Source: Octopus sinensis (lineage: Eukaryota). Taken from it: a stretch of DNA of 64,000 nt. The stretch spans positions 54,188,001 through 54,252,000 of the forward strand of contig NC_043003.1 of assembly GCF_006345805.1 (NCBI RefSeq), written 5' to 3'. The stretch's first letter is position 1, and the number at the start of each line of letters is the position of its first letter. The position numbers and the translations under genes were made by a program. The notes under the pieces were generated by a model. The model did no database searches and was not told where the DNA came from. It worked only from the letters and a program-made list of their open reading frames with translations. Below are positions 13,408 to 25,759 of this stretch, piece after piece.

Positions 13408-13976
13408 TTTTGTTATTTTTTTCGTTGCGTAAATAAATTTCTGTCTTATTTCGTCGTTCTATAGATGGCGTGAGTGTCTGGATGCAAACACTCGGAAACA
13501 ATAATGTGGTGGTCACAAATGGAATGCCTTCAATATTCAGTTCAGCAGTTCTTCATTTGATTCATCCAAATTCACGCTACGGACTCGTTTCAGTTCTTAT
13601 TCTTTTTCGTTTAATTGATTTTATTATTTTTATATTTTCCATATTCCAATTATTAGTCTGCGGCCGTGCTGGGGCACCGATTTCAAGCTTTTGTTATTTT
13701 TTTCGTTGAGTAAGTAAATTTCTGTCTTATTTCGTCGTTCTATAGATGGTGTGAGTGTCTGGATGCAAACACTCGGAAACAATAATGTGGTGGTCACAAA
13801 TGGAATGCCTTCAATATTCAGTTCAGCAGTTCTTCATTTGATTCATCCAAATTCACGCTACGGACTCGTTTCAGTTCTTATTCTTTTTCGTTTAATTGAT
13901 TTTATTATTTTTATATTTTCCATATTCCAATTATTAGTCTGCGGCCGTGCTGGGGCACCGATTTCAAGCTTTTGTT
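13408..13976. repeat. 281-bp tandem duplication with a TTTTGTT junction microhomology
   Basis: Near-identical ORFs at 13470 and 13751 (offset 281). The unit starts and ends in ttttgtt. Confidence 0.95.
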
Positions 13977-14703
13977 TGAACAAATAGAGACTAGTGCTTA
14001 TCTTTTAAGCCTGGCACTTATTCTATCTTTGTATTTTGCCGAATCTCTGTTACAAAAACGTAAGCAAACCAACACCGATAGCCAAGTGGTGGTGGAGTAG
14101 AAGCACAACATAAGTACAAAAACGATCACAGGCACACACAAACATATACGACGGGATTCTTTAAGTTTCCGTCGGTCAAATGTACTCACAAGGTTTAGCC
14201 AGCCCAGGGATATAGTAGAAGACACCTTCCTCAAGTGCTGTGCAGTGGGACTGAACCTAATACCACAGAGCGAGAAAATAAGCTTCTCAACCTGCACCTC
14301 GAAATTATACAAAATATTACCGGACGAAAATTATTCGTAATTCTGTTTCTGTATACAGAAATCTTTTGCGAACTGATCAAGCAGCTTGAATTGAGTAATT
14401 TATAGAAAACGGATGGAGTTATATGGACCGAAACAGGTTCATTCTCGTCCTTCTTATACTAACAAAGACCATGGTATTGCTCCCGTAAACCTATAAATTA
14501 TCATATGCATTTATTCTCTTAGTTGTTACAGTCATTTGAATGCGGCTCTGCGGGAACACCGTTTCTAAGTTTAGAAACCGACACCGGGTTTTATTTTTTG
14601 CCGAGCTGCAAAGTTACCGGGACGTAAACACACCAACACCACTTGTAAAGTGTTGATAGGGGTTGGGACAAACACAGGCACACGTACCCATAACGCCTAT
14701 CTT

Positions 14704-14760
<57 letters not shown>

Positions 14761-14900
14761 ATATGTATATGTGTGTGTGTATACTACGGGATTCTTTCAG
14801 TTTCTGTCAACCACATCTACTGACAAGGCTTTGGTCGGCCCCAGGCTCCACGCAGTAGGACCGAACCCAAAAAACTATGTAGTTGGGAACCACTTTCTTG
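13930..14900 (-). mobile_element. Two diverged copies of SINE family A (13930-14295 and 14515-14900)
   Basis: Reverse complements of the family A segments (cagtgggactgaacc, tatagtagaagacac, tatacgacggg, gcggccgtgctggggcacc) are present. Confidence 0.75.
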
Positions 14901-15140
14901 AAATTACTTCCCCTTACATTTGGGATTTCGTTAAAAGTTGCCGGCAGAGTTTAATTGTCTTTCTTTAGTGATGAAGAAGAAGAACATATCAGTTAAGTTA
15001 GCATCATTCCGAATATGTTTCATGCACTGCCGAACTAGGGAACAAGCTACTCACTGCATTTTCTCACGGAATATACAACCCGTTTGTTGACAAATGGTGT
15101 GTATACATCCGTATCAGCTCGCAGCGTCACATACCCAGAC

Positions 15141-15182
15141 TGAGATGCTAGCATTTCGGAGTAGTTATCTCCTCTTCAGTCA
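15141..15182 (-). ncRNA. Minimal type I hammerhead ribozyme with canonical core
   Basis: Minus strand reads TGA-CTGAAGA-GGAG ataacta CTCC-GAAA-TGC TA GCA-TC-TCA. Stem II is a perfect 4 bp, stem III is the palindrome AUGCUAGCAU, the cleavage triplet is AUC, and stem I is 3 bp. Confidence 0.8.
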
Positions 15183-15437
15183 CAGACACTAGGCAAGCGG
15201 CGCTACGAGCTGGTTGAAGAGATTGACTCTCTTACGCTTTTCCATTCACCATACGGTGACGGGTAGCCCCATACGGCGATTCACCGTAAATAAATTAAAG
15301 AGGGGGAACGCTAAGCAGTAATAAGTAAAATTGTAATGGCGAACTACCTAATAGTGCTACCAGTCACCGTATGGTGGCTGGAAATGCATAAGAGAGTTAA
15401 TTTCTTCAATCAGCTCGCAGTCCCGCCTGCCTAGTGT

Positions 15438-15485
15438 CTGTGGCTGAAGAAGGGATAATTACTCCGAAATGCTAGCATATCACAG
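15438..15485 (+). ncRNA. Minimal type I hammerhead ribozyme with canonical core
   Basis: Reads CTGTGG-CTGAAGA-AGGG ataatta CTCC-GAAA-TGCTAGCA-TA-TCACAG. Stem I is 6 bp (one G-U), stem III is palindromic, and predicted cleavage follows 15479 (AUA). Confidence 0.8.
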
Positions 15486-16129
15486 CCTTTGTTAGGTGGT
15501 GCTGCGAGCTGATCTAGGTGTATACACACCATTTGTCAACAAACGGGATATATATTCCGTGAGAAAACGCAGTAAGTAGCTTGTTCCCCAGTTCGAACGT
15601 GCATCGACCATATTCGGAGTGATAATAACATTAGAATTTTACTTATCATTGCTTAGCACGCCCCCTCTGTACAATTAGTTAAGATAGTCGTGGTCCGGCA
15701 TTCAGTGCCTCACACCTTAACTTATTTATTATCCAAAAATACGTCACGGGCGTATTTGATTTACTCCTCTAAGATAATATTATTTTGTTAAAATACTATG
15801 TTCTAAACACATTTGTTCCACCGGGAATGATTTTGTTTTATTTAAAGCGGGAACCTATTTTTTGCACACTCCAATTCAACATAAAAAAGTTTCATGTTCA
15901 TTTGCAGTAATGACGAAATACAACCAATTCTGCAGATTAGTTTAGTAGTAATTATTTTAGTAGTAATTATACTACAGCATCAGCATCAACATCAACATCA
16001 ACGATGACATCTATATGAAGTAATGATAGATGCTGAATAACAACACAGATAAGACGTCAACTTTGGTCTGCCGTCTCAACCACGCGGGTGTGCTTCCGTT
16101 TTAATCATGCATGCATGTTATTGTTTTTA

Positions 16130-16379
16130 ATGATGACGATGACGATGATGATGATGATGATGATGATGCGAATATTATGAGAACGATGACTGTCATCACC
16201 ATCATCATCTACATCGTTGAGGTCGTCATCTTCTTCGTGATCATCATGATAATCTTCATATCATACACACCACCACCACCACCACCACCACCACCAGCCT
16301 CACCACCACAACCACCACAACCACCAGCCTCACCACCATCACTACCACCACACCTATCATCATCATCATCATCATCATC

Positions 16380-16438
<59 letters not shown>

Positions 16439-16450
16439 CGTCATCATCAG
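16130..16450. repeat. Compound trinucleotide microsatellite (GAT)n/(CAC)n/(CAT)n/(CAA)n
   Basis: Direct reading. Confidence 0.95.
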
Positions 16451-16834
16451 AATTTACCATTCAGTGTTTTCCTTGCTGTTGCCTTTATTTTTTGGCTGTT
16501 CTTCGATAAACTACTCATCTTAATTTATATTTACAGCAATAATTCACACAAACACACACACATACTAAAAACAAACTAATGCACTCACATATATTCTTTA
16601 AAAAGTCGAAATATTGATATGCCTAGCTTACAAAGTAATTAGAGAATTAACTCCTACCAACATTTTAATGCAGCCATGAATTTTAGACCACAAATATGTT
16701 CCTTATGAACTAGTTTCTCTTAACCCTTATATCCTTTTTATATCTAATTTCCGCTAGTTTCCGCTAATTTCCGCCGAATTTTATCATTCAGTTCATGCAC
16801 GTGAAACAACTTAGAATATCAGTTTCAAATTTTG

Positions 16835-17279
16835 GTACAAGGCTAGAAAGTTTAGTGGGAGGGAGTAAATTGATATATCGACGCCAGTGCTCAACTGGTA
16901 CTTATTTTATCGACACCCCCAAAATGATGAAAGGCAAAGTCGACTTCAGCGGAATTTGATCCCGGAACATGATACCGCTAAGCATTTTGTTTGGCGTGCT
17001 AACGATTCTGCAAGCTCCCCACCCCGATGCAACTTAGTATACTAAGGGCGGTGAGCTGGCAGAATCGTTAGCACATAGGGAGAAATGCTTAGCGGTGTTT
17101 CGGCTGCCCTTATATTCTGAGTTCCAATTCCCCCGAGGTCGACTTTGCCTTTCTTCCTTTCAGGGTCGATTAAATAAGTACCAGTTACGCGCTGGAGTCG
17201 ATGTAATCGACTTAATCCGTTTGTCTGTCCTTGTTTGTCCCCTCTGTGTTTAGCCCCTTGTAGGTAGTAAAGAAATAGT
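16835..17279. mobile_element. Head-to-head pair of SINE family B copies (16835-17015 minus; 17048-17279 plus)
   Basis: The plus copy begins ggcggtgagctggcagaatcgttagcac and ends gtaggtagtaaagaaatag. The upstream copy carries gctaacgattctg...gctc and gaaaggcaaagtcgac in reverse orientation. Confidence 0.85.
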
Positions 17280-17455
17280 TGAGATGCTATCAGAACGGTT
17301 GCAGTCGTGTTGTAGGTGGAGGATGGCAGCTGCAACCTAGATTTCTTAATAAAGGCTATGGCCGAGCAGTTCGAAATGGAGAAATCTACTATCATACTCT
17401 TGCTGTAAGTTAATGTCAGATAAATGTCATTTAGTATAATATAGAGTTTAATATA

Positions 17456-17913
17456 GGCGTCGGAGTGAATGGGTGGTAAGTAGCTTGTTTACCAACCACA
17501 TGGTTCCGGTTTCAGTCCCACTGCGTGGCAACTTGAGCAAATGTCTTCTACTATAGCTTCGGGCGACCAAAGTCTTGTGAATGGATTTGGTAGACGGAAA
17601 ATGAAAATGAAGCCCGTCGTATATATATATATATTATATATATATATAATATATATATAATATATATGTGTGTGTGTGTGTGTTGTGTGTGTGTGGTGTG
17701 TTGTGTATACGTTTGTATGTCTGTGTTTGTCAACCCAGCATCGATTGACAACCGATGCTGGTGTGTTACGTCCCCGTAACTTAGCAGTTCGGCACAAGAG
17801 ACCGATAGAATAAGTACTAGGCTTACAAGGAATAAGTCCTGCGGTCGATTTTCTCGACTAACGCGGTGCTCCAGCATGGCCACAGTCAAATGACTGAAAG
17901 AAGTAAAAGAGTA
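17456..17913 (+). mobile_element. Full-length tRNA-derived SINE family A with an internal (TA)/(TG) microsatellite
   Basis: Pol III-type head (gtggtaagtagcttg...ggttccggtttcagtcccactgcg), central microsatellite, and tail cagcatggccacagtcaaatgactgaa...taaaagag. Confidence 0.9.
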
Positions 17914-19324
17914 ACAGAGCTGGTCATGTCCTGCAAGTTCTGGGAGATCTCACCATATGTATATCGCTTCCAAGTTGTCCTGATGTGAAACGCCTTCAGT
18001 ACAGTATCGAAGGTAGATTGTGATGTGGAATAGCCGGCTGGAGAATCCGCGTAGTCTCGTCTGTAAAGCTGTCGTGATCTTCTTGGGCTGTACAGACAAC
18101 ATGAGCGGCATTGGGGGATGGCACCTGAATCTAGGTGCAGAAACACCCGTTTCAACACAGAAGTCACCATTAGGAATACAGGGGGTTTTGTTGATAACGG
18201 TGGTTTTTCATGTGTCTTGTTCAATGTGGGAATTGATTTTTATTTTACGAGCGTTATGTTATATTTTCATTATTTGTGTTTTTTTCTTATGTATTCTTCT
18301 ATTCCCGGTTGCATGGCGTTTCCTATGTATATAAGTGTACATATAGATATAACGTCTTCCATTTATTTAGGTAACAGAATTTATATCTCAGTTCGTGGTG
18401 TTTATTGTAAGTCTTTGATATTACACTTATTCATCACATGAGTATAAACCGTGGTTTTGACTGAATTAATTAGTGCCAAGTCATACATACTTTAACATCT
18501 ATAATTTTATTTGCTATGTTTATGCAACCGAAATCTTCTTTCATCAATTTAACAGCGGTATCTTTGCAAATATCTCAGTTCTTGACGTATGTGGCCAAAT
18601 TATAACGGATAAATTATAATTTAACCTTTTCATTTGGATAGAAACATCAAAACCTAATGAGAAATTAGGACAGATTTAAGAGCTAAATTGTCAATACTTA
18701 ATGTATCAATGAGAAATATCACTTTTGAAATAACTGTTCAACCCGCTTAACCTCACTTTGTTTATCTGTTTCGCAAACTAAACGTTTTGGATATATTGAT
18801 TTCGAATTTTCGTTTTTATGTGCCACGTGCCAAATTTCGTTTATAGTTATTATAGTTTAATCTCTGTTTAGCATTGATCGAACAATCCATGATGATCAGA
18901 GACGTTCCATCCAAGACTATCCAGTCAATGTCTTCTTCGGACTACATTGTCCTTCCTTTTAGAGAAAGGAGAGAGTGAGTTTAACATTATTTTCACTGCT
19001 ATTCCTAGCAAATATTTTAAGACAAATGAGATTCCTCGCTGGTTCGGGATTTCTTTGAGTATCCAAATATATTTTGTTTATTATGTATTTGTCCGCATAA
19101 ACATATTAAACCCGCAAACATTTCTTCCAGACAGGAATACAAAACCTTTATTCATTAAGTCACAGTCTTTCTGAGAAATCCTTTATGGCAGCCAAATTTA
19201 CTTGACGTCAGTGTTAGTTCTACATGTTTGTTGTTTTTTGTAACCCTAAAACCGTTTAGGAGTAACAATGTATTTAATATGATAGCTTCATGCATGATGA
19301 GATTGTCAAGAAGTTGGTCTTATA

Positions 19325-19487
19325 GGCGTAGGAGTGGCTGCGTGGTAAGTAGCTTGCTTACCAACCACATGTTTCCGGGTTCAGTCCCACTGCATGGCAC
19401 CTTGCGCAAGTTTCTTCTACTATAGCCTCGGGCCGACCAAAGCCTTGTGAAAGGATTTGGTAGACGGAGACTGAAAGCCGCCCGTCG

Positions 19488-19554
<67 letters not shown>

Positions 19555-19776
19555 TGTGTGTTTGTGTGTTTGTGTGTGTGTATGTGTGTGTGTATATGTT
19601 TGTGTGTCTATGTTTGTCCGCTCCACCCAACATCGCTTGACAACGGATGCTGGTTGAACGATAGAATAAGTACTAGGCTTACAAAGAATAAGTCCTGGGG
19701 TAGATTTGCTCGACTAAAGGCGGTGCTCCAGCATGGCCACAGTCAAATGACTGAAACAAGTAAAAGAGTAAAAGAG
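19325..19776 (+). mobile_element. Full-length SINE family A
   Basis: Same architecture as 17456-17913. Confidence 0.9.
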
Positions 19777-20577
19777 TCATAATCACGAGATCTCGATATC
19801 GATCCAATTGCACAGGATCTCGAATAAACCTCATCCACCATAATTTAGCGTAGAAACAAACACTTTACGGTAATTCTGTGGAAGGAAAATCATTTGATGG
19901 AATATATATCTGTATATCTGTAACTCAATGAACCAGTTTGCCAAGCATATAATTGTACTTAATGTGTCTGAGAATTGTGTTAAGTGTCAGGAAAATGTTC
20001 ATTCATTAACACAGTAACTACGCGCCTTCATTGGTCAGTTAGATTTGAGACAGTGTCATGTGACAACTTACTGGGGCTGCCTGCGGGAGTCTAGGAGCAG
20101 GTATTTAAAGGGAAAATATTTGACAAGGCAGTCAGTCGCCCGCTGACACTCGCTGACGCTACATCGAAGAGGCCAGGGAACAGAAGAAAGAAGACATGCA
20201 CCCAACACCAGAGTTGAATACACTTCCGAAGGGGGGGGGGCACGTCAAAACGGTAGAGAAGTAAGGGCCGAAACCGGACGTGGTTCCTTCTGATGATGTC
20301 TTGAGCTAACTGGATTCTATAAAGGAGCTGTTGTGATAGCAGACCACGAAACACGGCTGAATTTCCTCAGATTCTGTTATATATTCTTGTTGAGATCTTA
20401 TTGTCCCTATTAGCAGTTCCTCGCTAGACATTTCTTCAGGCGACAGTTATGGAATACGTCCTTCCACTTTTGTAAGTCCGCATGTTACAACTCGTGGGTG
20501 TTGTTGCAGTTCGACTGTAACCACTTATACTGCTTTTATTTGTGCTATTGTATTGGTGGCGGTATTGATAATTTACT

Positions 20578-20810
20578 AAGGCGGTGAGCTGGCAGAAACG
20601 TTAGCACGCCGGACGAAATGCTTAGCGGTGTTTTGTCTGCCATTACGTTCTGAGTTCAAATTCCGCCGAGGTCGACTTTGTCTTTCATCCTTTTGTGATC
20701 GATAAATTAAGTACCAGTTACGCACTGGGGTCGATGTAATCGACTTAGTCCGTTTGTCCGTCCTTGTTTGTCCCCTCTGTGTATAGCCCCTTGTGGGTAG
20801 TAAAGAAACA
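20578..20810 (+). mobile_element. SINE family B with a 17-bp target-site duplication
   Basis: ggtattgataatttact occurs at 20561-20577 and 20811-20827, flanking a complete family B copy. Confidence 0.9.
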
Positions 20811-21788
20811 GGTATTGATAATTTACTGATGCTTTTTTCGATTACATTGCTCATCCTAAATTAGGTGGTTAAGCATACAGAAAGCTTTTGTGATTTGTTT
20901 CAGAGCGACGTTTCAAGATGCTGGCTTTGTAATAACTAAATGACAAACGGCAGATAAGGCACAAAGACTCTCTTTATCTTTCTCTTATTTTATTTATTTG
21001 TTTATTTATTGAAATATGGTACATCTTGGGACATTATTTGAGGTGATTTGGTTTTTGAAGGGAGTGGTTTTCGAGTCAAGGAAATAATGACTGGAAATTC
21101 TTGTAGATCGAGAGATTGAGAGGTAAGTTTTTCAGGTAGCAACATATGTTAAATGCAGAAAGATAGTCTGGTAGTTGTATGTTTATATGAAAAGAAATTT
21201 ATTAGTATTGATTGTATCATAAATTATTCTATATATTTCATGAAATGAACGAACATAAATTATGTTATTAAGCTATGTAGAAAAATAGCAGACTCATAAA
21301 ACAGTAATGAGTTCATTATTTTATATTTTTTATATTTTTTCGTTATGTTTTAATCTTCGCAATATTTTAGTTTTTACTTTTTTTTGTTTTTCTACTTATT
21401 GCGTTTCTCTAATTATCAGCCGATGTTATTAATGCATTGCAAGATGTTTCTATTTAGGTGTGGATATATATCCAAAATGATATTCACTATTGAACCCAAT
21501 TGCCTTGTTGTTTAAAAGTAAATGAAAGTGCCTTTGTGTTTGAAACCTATGCGTACATGAGGGTGAATCAGAGAAAGCGTGTCTTACAAACATTGTGCAG
21601 TGTAAAGTTAGATCCAAAGTGATCAGAAAATGTAGGGTGCTGTTTTAAGCGTATATACAATTACTGAACCGTCATTGAAAACTATTAAGAATATATTATG
21701 AAGTTGGTAGAGTCAGAATTGCTTAGGAAGCATATGAAACGGCTATTATCTATGAGAAGGGAGAATTTATGAGCCGTGTGATGTACAA

Positions 21789-22354
21789 TTGGGTTGTTCG
21801 GAAACTTCGTGCCGATTTTTAAATGAAAGAAAATAGTCAATAAATACTTGCCATTACATGTTTAATCAACCAAATAGAAACCATTTTTTTGCACAATGCG
21901 TCTCCATCTTTCCTTTAGCTTGAAAATACCCTCTTCCCAGAATTGAGGTGGTTTCATGGCAAAGAATTCATCAACGTATCTTTTTACCTCATCCAAAGAA
22001 TTGAAATTTTTACCATGAAGACTATTCTGCAGAGACCCGAATAAGTGGAAATCCGAAGGAACAATATCTGGTGAATATGGAGTGTGGGATAACACATCCC
22101 AGCCGAACTGCAGCAATTTTTGTCTGGTTCCCAAAGCATCAAGTACCGAAAATGAACTTTCTTATCTTCCATTTTAAAGGAATACAGAATTAACACAGGT
22201 TATAGGAATATAAACCCTCTTCCACGTAAAGATAGCTTAAACTGTGCTCTAAATGAAGGTGTAGTAATATCCTTTTTTATGGACTTAACCATGTTCTAAA
22301 ATAAGTCGAAAGGGAAGCTACTAAAAATCGGCACGAACTTTCCGGACAACCCAA
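21789..22354 (-). mobile_element. Internally deleted mariner element (566 bp) retaining both TIRs
   Basis: TIRs ttgggttgttcggaaacttcgtgccgattttt and aaaaatcggcacgaactttccggacaacccaa differ at 2 positions; TA follows on the right. The N-terminus MEDKKVHFRYLML is fused directly to the C-terminus ...HTPYSPDIVPSDFHLFGSLQNSL...ERWRRIV (YSPDLAPSD motif). Confidence 0.95.
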
Positions 22355-22484
22355 TATAAATATCGTTTGACTTTAGAAAGATAATCAAGCAGGGATTTCA
22401 TGTGGTGAATAAAATCCATGAGATGTATAGTAATATTGGTTTCACATGTTGGCATGAAGCCCGCAATTTCGAGGGAAGGAGTAT

Positions 22485-23089
22485 GCCCAATACAACGATC
22501 CCATTGCTTGACTGGTACTTGTTTTATCGACCCCGAAAGAAGGAAACACAAAGTCGACTTCGGCGAAATTTGAACGTGTAGACAGACGAAATGCTTCGAA
22601 GCATTTTGTCCGGCGTGGTAACCATTATGCTAGCCTGTCGCCTGGAGATATATATAATAGTAATGATTTCAAATTTTAGCACAAGACCAGCAGATTCATG
22701 GGTGGGGTACATCGGTTACATCGACCCCAGTGTTCAATTGGTACTTATTTTATCGACCTCGAAACGATGATGTGAAGCAAAGTTGACCTCGCGCAATTTG
22801 AACCCAGAATGTAAAGACAGACAAGATACCACTAAGCATTACGCCCGGCATGCTACCGTGTTTGCCAGGTTGGTACTCTTTTACTCTTTTACTTGTTTCA
22901 GTCATTTGACTGCGGCCATGCTGGAGCACCACCTTTTAGTCGAGCAAAGCATCCCCAAGACTTATTCTTTGTAAGCCTAGTACTTATTCTATCGGTTCTA
23001 TTGCCGAACTGCTAAGTTACGGGGACGTAAACACACCGGCATCGTTTGTCAAGCGATATTGGAGAGACAAACACAGACACACAATCATG

Positions 23090-23173
<84 letters not shown>

Positions 23174-23930
23174 TACGACGGGCTTCTTTCAGTTTGCGCC
23201 TACCAAATCCACTCACAGGGCTTTGGTCGGCCTGAGACTATAGTAGAAGACACTTGCCCAAGGTGCCACGCAGTGGGTCCGATCCAGGAACAATATGGTT
23301 GGTAAGCAATCTACTTACTACACAGCCACTCCTGCGCCTATAAAAATATATTATAATATTCTTTTCTACACTAGATTTTGGAGGTGGGTGCCAGTCGATT
23401 AGATCGATCGCAGTACGCAACTGGTACTTAGTTTATCGACCCCGAAGGATGAAAGTGAAAGTCGACATCGGCCGAATTTGGACTCAGAACGAAAAGACAG
23501 ACGAAATGCCTATTTCTTTACTACCCACAAGGAGTTAAACACAGAGGACAAACAAGGACAGACAAACGGATTAAGTCGATTATATCGAGCCAGTTTGTAA
23601 CTGGTACTTATTTAATTGACCCCGAAAGGATGAAAGGCAAAGTAATCATCGGCGGAATTTGAACTTAGAACGTAGCGGCAGACGAAATACTTATTTCTTT
23701 CCTACCCACAAGGGGCAAAGCACAGAGAAGACAAACAAGGACAGACAAACGGATTAAGTCGATTACAACGATCCCAGTGCGTAACTGATACCTTAATTTA
23801 TCGGCCCCTAATGGATGAAAGGCAAAGTCGACCTCGGCGGAATTTGAACTCAGAACGTAACGGCAGACGAAATACAGCTACGCATTTACCCCGGCCTGCT
23901 AATGTTTCTGCCAGTTCGCTACCTTGAAGT
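22485..23930 (-). mobile_element. SINE pile-up: two family B copies (22485-22870), a family A copy (22875-23338) and a family B trimer (23365-23930)
   Basis: Reverse complements of the family A and B sequences seen at 17-20 kb, lying nearly abutting. Confidence 0.85.
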
Positions 23931-24084
23931 ATATTATAATATTGTCACAAGATATTTAGGGTACGCGCTGCGAAGCTGTTTTATTCTAGTAGACGGTAAT
24001 TGCATTACTTTTGACTTTTACTTTGAATAATATCTATTTTAGCACCGAGAAGTGAGCATGGTGGAAGTACTGAGGGAGCAGTCC

Positions 24085-24122
<38 letters not shown>

Positions 24123-24875
24123 ACACACGCGCACACACACACACACACACACAAACACCCCCCCCACACACACACACACAAATACAAATTGAAAAGTTCT
24201 TTTATACCTTGTTCAGTTATTATTTTATACTGGTATAATTATGTATTCATGTGAATCCCATACTGTTTTCGTATTCGTTCACATTCTTTAATAAAGAAAA
24301 TCCTAAAGCCACAATTATTGATACTTTGTTTCATACTCCCCATTCCACTAATTTCCATTTCAAGATCATCTTTTTTTTTTCTTTTCATGAAGGTAAAGAA
24401 TAAATACACTGCAACTCTATTATTGAATATGATAGGTTGGTTTTCTTTGATATGATTATCTATCTTATCAGGCAACGTTGCAGATTACTATGTTGAATTC
24501 CGTACAATGCATTTACTTCTTTATAATTCTAACTCTATTCTCATACTGATATCACTGCTTAATAAATTACGAGATTTTTGCAGCTTCAAGTAATAGAAGA
24601 GGAAGTAGTAGTAGTTGTGGTAGTAGTAGTAGTAAGAGGAGGGGGAATCTTCTAAGCTTTTTTCTACGTTTACACGGGTCATGTAGCAAACACAAATACT
24701 CAAGGCACATATACACGCAAGAACACACACATACACACACATTAAAGCACATATTTATAAAGGTGTGTGTGTGTGTGTGTATACAGTTCAAATTTACAGA
24801 AAACAAAAGACGAAGACTGTTGCAGGTACAAGAAGCAGGTGTATTAGTTTAACGCTCTGGAAAGAATGGAAAAGT

Positions 24876-24911
24876 CTTTTACGTTTCGAGCCTACGCTCT
24901 TTGACAGAAAG
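24876..24911 (-). ncRNA. Minimal type I hammerhead-like fold with a variant core, in a Penelope 3' region
   Basis: Minus strand reads CTTT-CTGTCAA-A-GAGC gtag GCTC-GAAA-CG-TA-AAAG. Stems I and II are perfect, stem III is the palindrome ACGU, and the triplet is GUA. The core differs from CUGANGA at two positions. Confidence 0.65.
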
Positions 24912-25009
24912 GATTAGGAGAAAGTAAAATGAAGAGAGAATAAAAATACTGAGAGTTCAACGGTCCAATATGGGGATATGAATGGAAAAATGAGGCTGAA
25001 TGAAAGGGA

Positions 25010-25010
25010 G

Positions 25011-25068
<58 letters not shown>

Positions 25069-25260
25069 TAATAATAATAATAATCCTTTCTATTATAGGC
25101 ACAGGGCCTGAAATTTTGTGGGGAGCTGACTAGTCGATAATATCGACCCCCAAAGTTTCACTGGTATTTAATTTATCAATCTTGAAAGTATTAAAGGCAA
25201 AGATGACTTCGGCGGAAATTGAATTCAACGCAGAACGTAGCGGCAGACGAAATACTACTA
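25010..25260 (-). mobile_element. (TAA)n tract followed by a SINE family B copy
   Basis: aggcacagggcctgaaattttg...aggcaaagatgacttcggcggaaattgaattcaacgcagaacgtagcggcagacgaaatac. Confidence 0.8.
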
Positions 25261-25759
25261 CTAATAATAACGGTAACGGTGACCCCAATGATCTAAGATG
25301 CGCAAGTGTGTGTGTGTGGATGGTGTGCGCCTGTATATGTGAATGGAGCGAGTGTGTGCGTTTGTGTATGTGTTTGTGCGTGTGTGCGTATGGACGTGTG
25401 TATATGTGTGAGGCTAACTTGTGTGAATGTGTGGGTGTGAGGCTAGTGGTATGTGTGGTGACGCTATTGAGGATTGTGTGCTGGAGTGTGGATAATGGTG
25501 TGAGGATGTGTAAATAATGGTGTGTGGTGTGGGTGCTGAGAAGTGTTCGGTGCAAGTTTGTGTGGAGTGGGAAGGTATTTGTGTCTGAGTAATGGTGTGT
25601 GGAGTGAATAATGAGTTGCACAGTGTATATAGGTGTTTGTATAGTGGTGTTTGTGTGGTGAGGGTACCGACGTAGGCAGTATGCTGGTATTTGGGTGGAG
25701 GGGCAGTTGATTGTTGGAGGTATGTGGGAATCAGAGCGTGGTAGGTATTAAATGAAGAG

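Larger units (their letters stand above)
15008..15668. mobile_element. Head-to-head inverted pair of a ~300-bp hammerhead-bearing repeat; the right copy is bounded by 34-bp inverted termini (15299-15332 / 15635-15668)
   Basis: Arms 15008-15290 and 15335-15618 are reverse complements at roughly 80-85% by eye. Termini agagggggaacgctaagcagtaataagtaaaatt and its reverse complement match at 29/34; TTAA lies on the left side only. Confidence 0.85.

Noticed and set aside
20262-20320. GAAA...CTGATGA arrangement suggesting a permuted hammerhead
   Set aside because: Stem I cannot form (only 4 nt between NUH and the core) and stem II pairing is poor.
19950-20560. CpG-richer block with CCAAT-like and TATA-like motifs, possible solo LTR
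   Set aside because: No TG...CA termini or TSD could be established.
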